The notes under the pieces were generated by a model. It did no database searches. It was given only the letters and a program-made list of their open reading frames with translations, and was not told the DNA's origin. This document shows positions 45,701 to 57,300 of a DNA stretch of 64,000 bases, piece after piece. The stretch is taken from positions 617,086,001 to 617,150,000 of the forward strand of contig NC_067400.1 in NCBI RefSeq assembly GCF_016432865.1, written 5' to 3'. The translations under genes and the position numbers were made by a program. Each line of letters opens with the position of its first letter. Position 1 is the stretch's first letter. The stretch comes from Antechinus flavipes (lineage: Eukaryota).

Positions 45701-48700
45701 ATGAGAATTAAAAAGCAGATCCCTGGGCCCTCCATGGGACCCAATGCCCTACTAACAACTGCTCTCCGAAAAAGCCACCCAGACTTGGGGGAATCCCTGT
45801 CTTTCCACACCCAATTCACATGAGGCATTTAACCAAAAGCTTGGCGAAAACCATTCTGAAGCGATCTCCCGGCTTAGTGCGACAGTCAGAGAAGGAAGAG
45901 AAGTCAGCCTTGCCCGACCGGTTCTGGAAGCGGCCACGCTGGCTCTTTGTGCTCCCGTTTCCCGTTCCAGATGTGTGCCAAGCTGAGTGAGCTAGAATTT
46001 TCCCAGCAACGGAAGTCCTGCTCGCTGGCTTGGAGTCTGCGGGCCATCTGCCCATCTTCCAGCTCCCGACGCCTCCTCCACTGTCCATGACCATCTCCTC
46101 ACTCCCAGGACTCGGCCCCTCGGTCCCTAGATGCCTGTTCTCTGCGGGTTTCTCATTCCCATCTGTAAAGGCCCCCACCCCCACCTCCCCGCCCTTGTGG
46201 AGCAAACGCGGACAGCCTGAGAACAGCTGTTTGGCCTTCTCCCATCTCCCCCCACTCAGCAAAAGTCAGACCCTTTCTCGGATGTCCTTTCTTCTCCCAA
46301 GGATGGATGAAGTCCCAAGAAACACAGCGCCTATTTCCAATGAGCCTTTGCGTACGACAAAAAGCAAAATCCCAGACCTGACAGACCCTTACCCAGTCCC
46401 CAGTTGCTCATCGTGCCCCACTATTTCTTTTGTGTTGACTTTAAACTGACTTACACCTAAGGGACTGGCGGGGGGGGAGGGGCTATTTTTTTGTGCATTG
46501 TTGTTTCCCGGGCACCTGGTTCAGGGTCTGGAAAACAAATGCTGGTACTGGAGGTGAGCCCCTCTAGATGCAGAAAGGCCGGCAGATCCCTTAGGCAGGG
46601 CTGATGAGAAGATATGAAGGGGCAGATGGGCCACGCGGTGCCCACGAGCAGACAGCTCCAGGCAGGCGGCCACTCCCCAAGCGGGCCAGTCACGGATGGC
46701 ACCCACAGGTGGGAGGGCCTCGCTCAGACATTCCAACCTGGGAGAAAGCAGAGGCCCGAGCCCGCCCTTCCTGCTGCGCAGAAGACCCGCCTGGGATTTC
46801 TTTTGTCCTCAACAACTCAGCAAGGGCGTTACACAGATGATTTCAGCCGACATTCCCAGATTTATCAGGGATTCCTCATGGCCTGGATTTGAGCTGGGAG
46901 ATCCAGGCCTTTTGCCCACAGGGCTAGCGCTCTTCCAAGAGCATGCAAGCGAACTGGACCTAAGGGGGTGAGCCTGTGCAGTCACCAGCCTGGCTCTCTG
47001 CTCTGGAGCCATCTCAGTCAAGTGGCGAGATATGGATCAGGACGACTAGAGATCGCCCCAGATGGGCTCTGGAGCCAGTCTCAGTTTGACTGAGGCAACG
47101 CCCAATTAGTGGGAAGGGTATCACACCTTCATGATACCTTATGGAACAATGGGAAAGGAGGGGAGAGGAGAGGAAGCTGGGCTCCCCAAGTGGCCTTTTC
47201 CAGCCGGGTCGCCAGGGGCAGTTCCTCCTCCTCACCGGGCTGGTTGTTTGTCCTTCATTACCAGAGAAAACCATGACATCAGGAAGTGCTACCTGGACAC
47301 GCTGGTGAGTTGGGAGGGAGGCAGGGCTGTGCCAAGTCAGTGGCACCCCCCATCCCCATCCCGAGCCATATGGGTCCAGAGGCCAGATCCAGATGCCTGG
47401 AGATGGCCCCGATGCAGAGGGGACCCTGGGCCATTCTAGGCTGACTGCACCGAGCCCCTCAGCACTTAAGCCCCCTGACATCAGGGTCTTCTTGGAGAAA
47501 GGACAAACCACCATCTCGGTGAGCAGCAGGAGACGGCGTGCCACTGGGCACCCACTAGAGCCAGCCGCCAGACAACCCAGCTCTCTTCTTCCCTGTGACA
47601 GAAGGGATCCCCCCACTTATCTTTGGGGACTCACCCAGGCCTCTGGCTCCAATGAATGGGCTCACGATAGGTCCCAGGCCAAAAATCTGGAGACTTACCC
47701 TCCCAGGCTGATTTTTTTTTTTCTCTGCCCGATTTCCTCCCTGGCTTTAAGCACTGAATGGGGCTGCCTCCGTCAAACTGAGACTAACAGGCCCAGGTCT
47801 TTCTCGATTCCAGAGCCCAGCATCCTGGTCTCTCTCTGATCCCTGGACCTGGATGGCTCTGGAGGGAAAAGGGAGGCCGGTGACCTGGCACAATCCAACT
47901 CATCTGCACGTCCTGGCATCAGCTCCCTGAGCTCACGGTCCTCTTGGAGAAGGAAAGACACACCACGGCCATAATTCTTCTGGGCCAGCTACAGTGGGGT
48001 TGCTAACCATGTTTCTAATGATAATGATAACTAGGGCTCTCGTTCAGCTTGTATGGGACCGTCCATCGAGAGCTGAGCGGGCCGCCTTCAAACAGGAAGC
48101 TCAGACCCACAACGGCCAGGCAGGCTTCCCCAACGGCGTGTTTCAAGCTCAAGTCTGGCCTCCTCTGAGCTGCCATGAGGCCCTCTGCCCACAACAAAGC
48201 ATTTGCTTCTCACAATCCTCCTGAGCGCAGGGAGTCAATGTTTTGTGCAGACGAGGCCACAAGGCCCAGAAGCCAAAGCTCAAAGTCACAGGGCGGACAT
48301 GCCAGAATTCCACCAAAGGCTCCTGGGGCAGCGCTCGCCCACCCAGGAACCTGCTGAGGAGCGCAGGCAGGTTGGAAGGAGCCGAGTGCCAGGACTCAAA
48401 CCCTTGGGGAGGAGGGGGAGAGGAAGGGACCAAGACCCAACAAGAACCAAGTCTTATCTTCGGAAACCAAAGGTCACCCATGTGGGAAGCAGCATGGCTG
48501 GGATCTGAACCCAACATTTGACCCCAAAATCCAGCATCTTGCCAACTGCCAGAGAATCCGTCTGTGTGCAGCCACGCCTCCAGCTCCTAAGAGAAGTGAG
48601 GAGCACTGGGAGAGTGGGGGGGGGGGGGAGGTCAGGGCAGGGCCTCCTGTCCCCCACAGGACCATCCCTTCAAGGCCTAAAAAGCCAGGAGAATCTGGGG

Positions 48701-51700
48701 TATGGCTTTTGTTTTACTCAAGTGAGAAAACTAAATGGGAGAAAGACAGCCAAGATTTTCCATATTTAGGAGTGAAACTCCACCCTAGGTCCCAGCCCCC
48801 AAAGCCAGGGCTCTGAACAGAGCCAGGAGCCCTGGTCTCGGTGCTAGCTGGCTCTGGGCCCTCTGTGGCCCAGAAATCCTAAGACCCGACACTTCTTCCA
48901 GCTCGGACCTCACGACCGACTCCGGCCATCCCACCCAGAACCCCGAGCGGCTGAGAAAACCAACCGGAGTCAGTCTAAGGAGGGAGTTGGACAAAGCAGC
49001 CACCACAGGGCGTGCGTTTGTTTACCTAAGTCCCCGGAAACGGCAGCCCGGGCCCAGGTGGCACCCAGCGGCGGCTGCGCCATGTTGGCAGCCAGAAAAA
49101 GCTGGGCCCAATCAGGAAACTGTCTGCCCACAGCAGTGGGACCCCCGGAGACTGTGGCTCGGTCCCCACAACGTCCACTCCTTACGGACGCCAGAATAAA
49201 GACATAAGAACGGCAGGACTGGGAGGACCCTGATGAGGTTAAGAGTCAGGCAGGCGACCCGCCTCGTTAAGCACCCGTGAAGACTGCCTTGTCCCTCAGA
49301 GACACAGGGGGAGAGATATCACCAGAGAAAGGAGGGCCCCGGGGCAGTCTGTGGGGCTGGGGGGAGGGGGCACTCTGGTCCCGGAGACCCCCAGAGTCAC
49401 TCGATCCCATGTGCTGAGTGGGCTCAGACACCAGGGAGAGCCAGGGCTTTGATCACCACCCCGAGGAGTTTGTTTGGTGCTGGGGAGGACAGAGTCACCC
49501 AGTCAACAAAGAAGGCTCCAACCCCACAATTCCTGGGACACCAGAGACGAGGGGCTGCCCTCTCCAGCGGGTCTCCTGCTTCTCCTTCCTTCTCCTGCCC
49601 CGGCTCTTATCCCCCCATTCTCTCTCCATCTCGTCTCTTCCCAGGTCACTTCCTCCCCTCAGGTTTCTCCCAACCCCCGCCATCCTCCCTCAATGGCAGA
49701 CAGGTGCCAGAGTCACACACTGCTCTCAGTTCTGGGGCCCTCTGGGTGGAACAGGCTCCTGGCACCCCAGCTCTGCAGTCGTGGGGGGCCCAGAAGCACC
49801 ACAGGCACAGGCGGGGGACCCAGCGCTCTGCCAGAGGGATCTTGACAAGAAGGGGAGGGAGGCGTCTATCCCGGGCACTAGCAGAGGGCAATGGGGGGCA
49901 AGGGCCTGGGCGTTCAAAAGCTTCACCTCGTGCAAACTTGAACATGTGACTCTTCTGGGGCCACACACGTGGGAATGGGCAGCGGAGACAGGCCTAAGGT
50001 CCGTGAGGGCTTGGATCACAGACACAGCGGAAGACAGCCAGGAAGGGATGACCTCACGTCAGAGCTGGGGGCAAGGGTCCAGCAGCAGCCCTTCAATGGC
50101 GGCACAAGGCCTGGAGTCAGCCTTCTCTGCGAGCCCAAGTGACTTAACTTCTGTTTGCTTCAGATTCCTCAAGTGCAAAACTGAGACACCAGCCCCCACC
50201 TCACAGACTTGTGGGCTCAAGTGCCTAAAGGCCAAGGCCTGGCACACAGCAGGCACTTCATAAATACTTGTTTTCTTCCCACCATTTAAAGCCCTCCCCA
50301 AGATGGTTTGAATCTCTATTTTCAGTCGTTATTTCCTACTCATTGACCATTCCTTGACTCCATGCTCCATCTCGCTCCTCCCTGCACTCAGGGAGCTGCT
50401 CCCTAGGCGGGGCCGTCCTCCTCATCCCTACTTCCCAGGAAACTCGGCTACTTTCCAAGACCTGTCTGGAGAAGTTGGGGAGGGTGTGCGTGTGAGAGGG
50501 GGGCCTTCCCCCATCTGTACAGCGGCTGGCTCATCTTAATCCTCCTTGTCCTCGGCCTAAGTACATGCTGTTTTCTCTTTCTATCCCAGGCAGGGCCTGG
50601 CCCCCAATCCCCAACAGGTTCTAACAAAACACCGCACAGCTGTGTCACCTGGGAGAGGCTCCATACTAGCCCTGCCTGGGGGGTCCTGGGGAGGGCTCTC
50701 CCCACCTCTTTAAAACCAGGGCTCCCCCTGTGCAACAAGAGAACTGTTCGGTTCTGCAAACATCTATTATATCTAGGATATACTGCAACATATCTAACAT
50801 ATATAGGACTGCTTGCCATCTAGGGGAGGGGAAAAATCAAAACAGAAGCGAGTGCAAGGGATAAGGTTGTAAAAAAAATTATCCTGGCGTGGATTCTGTC
50901 AATATAAAGTTATTATTAAATAAAATAAAATAAAATTATTAAAAAAAAAAAAAACCAGGGCTCATCAGACTGCAGCCAGAAGCCTCCCCTGCCCTTCAGC
51001 TCCAGTGGCACTGTGCCAGGCTTCCAATGAAGTAGCCCCTCCTAGGGGCCTCTGGCAGCCAGGCTCAGAACTCTGACCATCACGGACCCAGCCCGGTCCT
51101 CACCACAATCAGATGGGCAAAGGGCGCTCAGCAGCACCTGCTTGTTGTTGGGCAGGTGAGCTGGGCCAGAGGCAGAGTGCAGGAGGAACCGTGGCTGCAG
51201 AGGCCCCGAGCCCCCGAGCGGCTCTGTTCCCGGGACCCAGGACCACGGCTTCCTACTCTGCCAAAGTCGGGTTCTGTCTGGAAGGCACTTCCAGCTGGGA
51301 CAGTGCCTTCTGTATTCACTCTCCCAATTCTAAGGTTCTAGGAGTAGTGACATGGGCTGGAGTCTGGTTCAGGAGCCCGGAGTGAAGAGATGCTCCACAA
51401 AGGGTTCGCCAGGACTAAGAAGGTGCCAGTGACACAGTCAGGAGGTCAAAAAGGCAGCTGTGAGGACCCTGCTGACAGGTTCACCTCTGAAGCATGGGCT
51501 GCCTAGGCCCTTTTAAGGACCCTCACAGGCTGAGGACTAAGTCCAGCCTCCCTGCCTCCCCTTCCTCTATGCTCCTGGCTTCTTTCAGGTAACAGCCTAA
51601 ACCAGCCCTGCCAGAGGAATTCTAGCCAGTCCCCCTTGAGTCCAGGGCCTCCCCCCAATTCATCTCATCTAGAGCTTGTTTAGACATGGTTATTTGCCTG

Positions 51701-54264
51701 CTGCCTCCCCCATTACACCAGGAGCTTCCCCAGGGCAGGGCCTGACTCTGGCCTCTCTGTATTTCTTAGCACACAGTAGGTGATGAACAAATGCTGACTG
51801 GCCCAGGTGTCTCTACTTCCCCTTGTCTCTGCTCTTTTCCCCCCTTCTCTAATACATTCTCTGGACCTTGACATGCTGACATTTTTGCCTGTCCTCCAGG
51901 GCACTGTTCTGATGCTGCCATCTCCTCCCAGAAACCATCCTTGAGACGCCTTCCTAGACTTGCAGCTCAATCACAGGATTTAAAGTTGAAAGGGTCCTTA
52001 GGTCATGTGATCTAGTTTTCTCGTTTTATTTTTTTAAGTTAGCTTTTTAATTCAATTTCATTTGGGGGTCTAAATTCTATTCCTCTATCCTCCCTTTCCC
52101 ACCCACCGAGAAGGCAAGAAAAAGCAAAACCCATTAAAAATGTTTAGTCAAACAAATTCCTACATTAGCCATGTTAAAAAAAAAGGGGGGGGGGAGGAGG
52201 GGTTGGGGGGGAGCATGGCTCAGTCGGTACTGCAGGCGCTGGCAGGAGGGGGCAGTCAGTGCACTTCATCTCGAGTCTTCTGAAATTGTGGAGGCTCCCC
52301 ATGTGGCTCAGTATAAATCTTTCCAAGCTGTTTGTCTTTACAGCACTGCTGCAATTCTATAAATTGCTCTCCTTACCTCCCTATACTTCACACAAGTTTC
52401 TATAAAACCGCCCCCCTCATCATTCCATCCCTTGCACACAGCCCAGCTTGTGCAGCCACTACCCGGTTGACGGGCATCCCTTCTTCCTAAGTTTTTAACT
52501 CTCTGCCACTATGAAAGACGATGACCCAAATACTCATACATACCGGTCTTTTCCCTATTTCTTTCCTCTCTTTGGGAGTATGGACTTAGCAGCAGCACTG
52601 CTGGGTCAAGGAGCATGCAGTTTAATAGCTCCTGGGGCCCAGCTCCAAACTGCTTTCCAGAATGCTGGACCAAGTCCCAGCTCTTCCAAGAGGACACTGA
52701 TGTACCTGCTTGTCCACATCCCTTCCAACACCCTCTGTCCAATTGTATTTCTCTAATAATTAATGATTTAGAGCCCCCCCCCATCTGCCTATTAATAACT
52801 TGGATTTCTGTCTAAGAGATGCTATGACAGAATACTTGGCCCAGAGCCAGGAAGACCCGAGTTCAAATCCAGCCCGGCACTTCCTAGCTGTGTGATGCCG
52901 GGTAAGTCACTTAATCTAACTTCTGTTTGCATCGTTTCCTCAACTACAAACCGAGAACAACAAAAGCAGCTCCTTCCCAGAGTTGTTGTGAGGATCCATA
53001 GGAGGCACTTTGTAAATTACTATTCCCTTCCTTTCCCCTCCCATCTTCCTCTGAAAACGATATCCTTGGCCATTTCTCTTATTCTGACGAGTTGGAATCA
53101 GCTTAAGTATCATAGAAATGCCACTTTTAACAGAAAAAAATGCTGCAAAGATTCTCCCACCCCCACATCTTAAGTTTCCTTCTTCTAATTCAACTTTTTG
53201 GACTTTGTGCAAAAACCTTTTAATTTCATGATCTAGTTTTACCTCTTGAAAATCTATCTCTTACTTGGCCATGAAGTCTTCCCCTCCCCCCTAGAGGTGA
53301 GAGGTAATTTCTTCCATGCTCCACTGATTTGTTCATGACACCAGTCTTTATGTCTAGGTCTATGAAAAGCGCTAGTGGCAGAAATGGGAGCTGCTCCAGT
53401 CGCTGTGGAAACAAGAACGTCCCTATGTGGGGCTTCTCTAGGGATATAGTGTGAGATGCTGCTCTATACCTACTTTCTGCCAGACTAGTTTCCAGTTTTC
53501 CCAGCAGTTTTTGTCAAACAATGAATTCCTATCTCTTTGCATTTCTTAAACAGTTACAGAGCTCCTCTGCGTCTGCATGTCGTGTATCTAATCCGTTTGT
53601 TCCAATGTCCAACCTCTCCTTTCTTAGAATCTACCAAATGATTTCGATGACTCCGACTCGGTAGTAGTTTAGTACAGTTTGAGATCAGGTACTGACAACT
53701 AGGTCTTTTCCCTCTCACTTTTGTTTCTCCTAGCTCTGGAAACTTTTATTTTAGGAAGTAAAATAACTCTACAATTTGATATATTTCTAAGTGGTTTCCA
53801 TGTATACGTATACACACACACACATATATTTATAGATCTCTACAAAACTACAGTTTTTTGTACATGTACATATTTTGGTATAGCACTGAATAACTACATT
53901 AATCTAGGTAGCATGTCACTTTGGGGCAGCCAGGTGGTATGAGTACCCGGCCTGCAGTTAGGAAGATTCTTCTTCCCGAGTTCAAATTCGGCTTCAGACA
54001 CTTACTAGTTAAGTGACCCTGGGCAAGTCGCTTAACTGTTTACTTCAGTTTCTCCTTCGTAAAATAAGCTGGAGAAGGAAATGGCCAACCACTCCAGTAT
54101 CTCTGCCAAGAAAACCCCAGAGGAGGTCAGGAAGTTGGGCACAACTGAAATGACTTGACAACGATTGTCATTCTTATTATATACTGTGAGCAATTAGTAT
54201 TTCTCCACTATTTAGATCTGTTTTCATTTGGATAAGACTAATTTTATGGTCATGTTCACACAGC

Positions 54265-54317
<53 letters not shown>

Positions 54318-57300
54318 TTAGCAGGTAGATTTCCAAGCATTTCATACTGTCTGAAGTTATTTAAAATGGAATTTATCTCTTCATTCTGGGTTTTGTTAGC
54401 GATATAAGGAAATGCTGGTGATTTGGGTGGATTTATTTTATATCTGGCAATTTTGCTCAAATAGTTAATTCTTCTAATTAAGGTTTTTTTTAACTGATTC
54501 TCTAAGCAAACTGTCGTGTCATCTGCAAAAGGTGATAATTTGATCTCCTCTTTACCTTTGCTAATTTCCTCTTTTCTTGTCTTACTGCTATGTGTAGCAT
54601 TTCTAATACAACACTGAATAGTAATAGGGATAAGGGGGAAGGTGGGGGAAGAGCATTTACATCGCAACAATCCTGAGAGGTAGGTACTGTTCATTGTTCT
54701 TATTTTACAGTTGAGGAAACTAAAGTAAAATGGTTAAGTCTTTGCCCAAAGCATCTGTGGCTGGATTTGAACTCAGGCCTTCCTGACTCCTGGCTTACCC
54801 ACTATACCACCTAGCAGCCACCAAAGGCACCCTATCCTCCTTTTCTGTTATCTTCCTGAAAAGCCCCATCACAGATAATTGCAGCTCTTGGATTTAGATA
54901 ACAACTACTTGGGATTTTAAGTAAAGTTGCATTTGTTACTATGCTTTGTAGTGTTTTTTAATAGAAACGGGTGTTGTATTTTGTCAAAAGCCTTTTCTAT
55001 CTCTTGACATAATCATGATTTTTTTCTATAGTTCTTGCTATTGATGTGGTCAATTGTACTGATCAGACTTGTATCCCTGGCCCAAGTCTGGTACGGTGCA
55101 GGCGCGTGATCTTTGTGATGTATTGCTGGAGGCTTCTGGTTAATAGTTAAAATTTAACATCAAAAATAGTTAAAATTAAAATCAACCTATATGAGGAATA
55201 CTGGTCTACAGTCTGTCTGCTGCAGGAGGGATTCAGTAAGAGCCCTGCTTTTCTCGTTGTTTCAAGCAGTATGTGTATTAGACTGAATTTTAAAAATATT
55301 TGGTATAGTTTGCATCCTTCCCAAGCCATTTCTCGTCTCCCACTTTGGGCTTCATTATAGATTTCTAACATCCTAACTCCCAAAAATTTCATTTATTTTA
55401 GGAGTCTACTCCCTCCTAGCATATCCTGCGAATCCCCTCGAGGGCAGAGTTCAGACCGGATTTCAGCCTGACTCTGCCCCAAGCCTAAGACAGAAGCTCG
55501 GGGTCCCTCCTAAAGGCTTGTTGAATGAATGTCCTAGATGGGAAAGGGCCTCCGGGCTGCAGATCCAGCCTCCAGTCCTTAACCAGTGGGAATATACGCC
55601 CCATTAAACTTCTTGGCGGGGAAAGGGCCAAGGCTGGCCCAGAGAGGGAGTCGGGTTACCACCAATTCATGCTCCCGCTCCTTCACCTCCAGACAACACC
55701 TGTTCCACAGAGACATCGGTTCCCCTGGGCCTCCCAACACTCCATCTTGAGGGCCAGGTGCCAATCTTGATTCTACTGTTAAACCACCAAAAGACCTTGG
55801 TCAGTCAGTTCCTCTCTGTCTCAGCTTCCTGCCCACAGAGTGAAGGCGGACCAGGGGCACGTGCAGTACCGACGTCGCGTTCCAAGGACCTTGTGAGCCC
55901 CGACGGTCTGTGACTTACTGACGCCTTTCAGCTCTGAGGTTCCGTGATTCTAGAAACACCCTGTCCCAGGGAACCACACAGGAAACTAGGCCTGGGCCCC
56001 CCAACCCCTCTCCCCCCAGAGGGGCAGGAGCCAGCCTGAGGTCAGCACCCGGGAGCCAAGTGGAATTCGAATCCCGCCAGTGCCTCTCCTGCCATAACCC
56101 CCTGCGTGTTCCCATGAAGGACAGTCTATTTTTTCCCTCGGGTCAGAGAAAAGCATGTGCTGCTGAGGGGGCAGGAGGTTCCTGAAGGGGAACAGACTGT
56201 CAAACATGACTCATGTGTCTTCAGACCAAAAGGAGAAGGATGTGAGCAGTCACATGAGGGGCTTAGAAACCCAGTCGTCCAGGCACGGAGCCAGACGAGG
56301 CTGTCAGCACGCAAGGAGAGGAGTCTGAGAAGGCTGCGCGGCCGACACCTGGGGCCAAAGAGGAAGAGATCCGAGGCTGGTCCCCTTGTGCAGGGGTCAA
56401 TCAACCAGCATTTACGAAGCTCCCGGGCGCAGGGATACAAAGCCAAAATACGGAAGGATCCCTCGCGATCCTGGGTCAAGCACACTCTCGAACTCACATT
56501 ATGTGTGTGTTATACATGCTCACATGCACGCCCGTTAAATCCAAGGTGGTCTGGGAGGGAGGAGGGAACCAGGAAAGCCTCCCACGGGAAAGGGGTGGAA
56601 ACAGGGTCCTGGATGCAAGGGGCACAGGAGAGGCCCAGGGCCCCCACCCCCACCCCACCCCACTCAGGGTATCTCTGCCTCTAGTGCCCGGTGGTGGAGG
56701 GGGGCTGGGGAGCGCCTGCAGAGAAAGCCCACGGCCTGAGATTGTGAATTTTTTTTTTTTTTTTTTTGACAAACCATGGTACTGGTTTCCATCAGAACAA
56801 CCGCTTCAAGAACCCCCCACCCCCACCCCACCGCTCAGCTGGCTGACCTACGGGGCACCCCCGCCGGAGTCTGTGGACAGGATGACTTCCTCAGCAGGCA
56901 CAATCCGACCCCCATCCTCCCCCCAGTTTCCAGGCTCATCTCTGGGATCCCTTCTTGCCATGATGAGCCCCGGAGACCCTGGCAGGAGCAAGGGAGGAGA
57001 GCAGCGGGGATCCTCTGTGTCTCAGCCCCATGGGGTCATGTGCTGGGATCACATGGTCTTCCCCTCTTGCTCACTCTTTCCTGGAGTTTGCTGGAGTCTG
57101 GCCTCCCCTACTTTGTTTCTAGCACCTTGCAAGTAAAAAAAACACCCTTAGGATCTACAGCCAGTCAACGTGTGTCTATCAAATGCCAGCCAAGCACCTC
57201 CTCTGGCAGCTACGGACCTTTAGGGGCTTCCTCGGAGTGTCAGCCAAAGTGAGGACCCCCGGGGTGACCTCCCCGACTTCCACAGAAAGCCTTCCCTCTG

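Larger units (their letters stand above)
52025..55380 (-). mobile_element. Old fragmented L1 (antisense) interrupted by MIR (about 52820-53000), MAR1, (TG)n and MIR (about 54625-54822)
   Basis: Minus-strand ORF fragments resemble L1 ORF2 ([10 protein letters not shown]; [38 protein letters not shown]). Confidence 0.75.

Noticed and set aside
48251-48370. Extra 120-nt phase 0-0 plus-strand exon candidate
   Set aside because: Weak donor (gttgga), and it lies after the modelled stop codon. It cannot be supported without RNA data.
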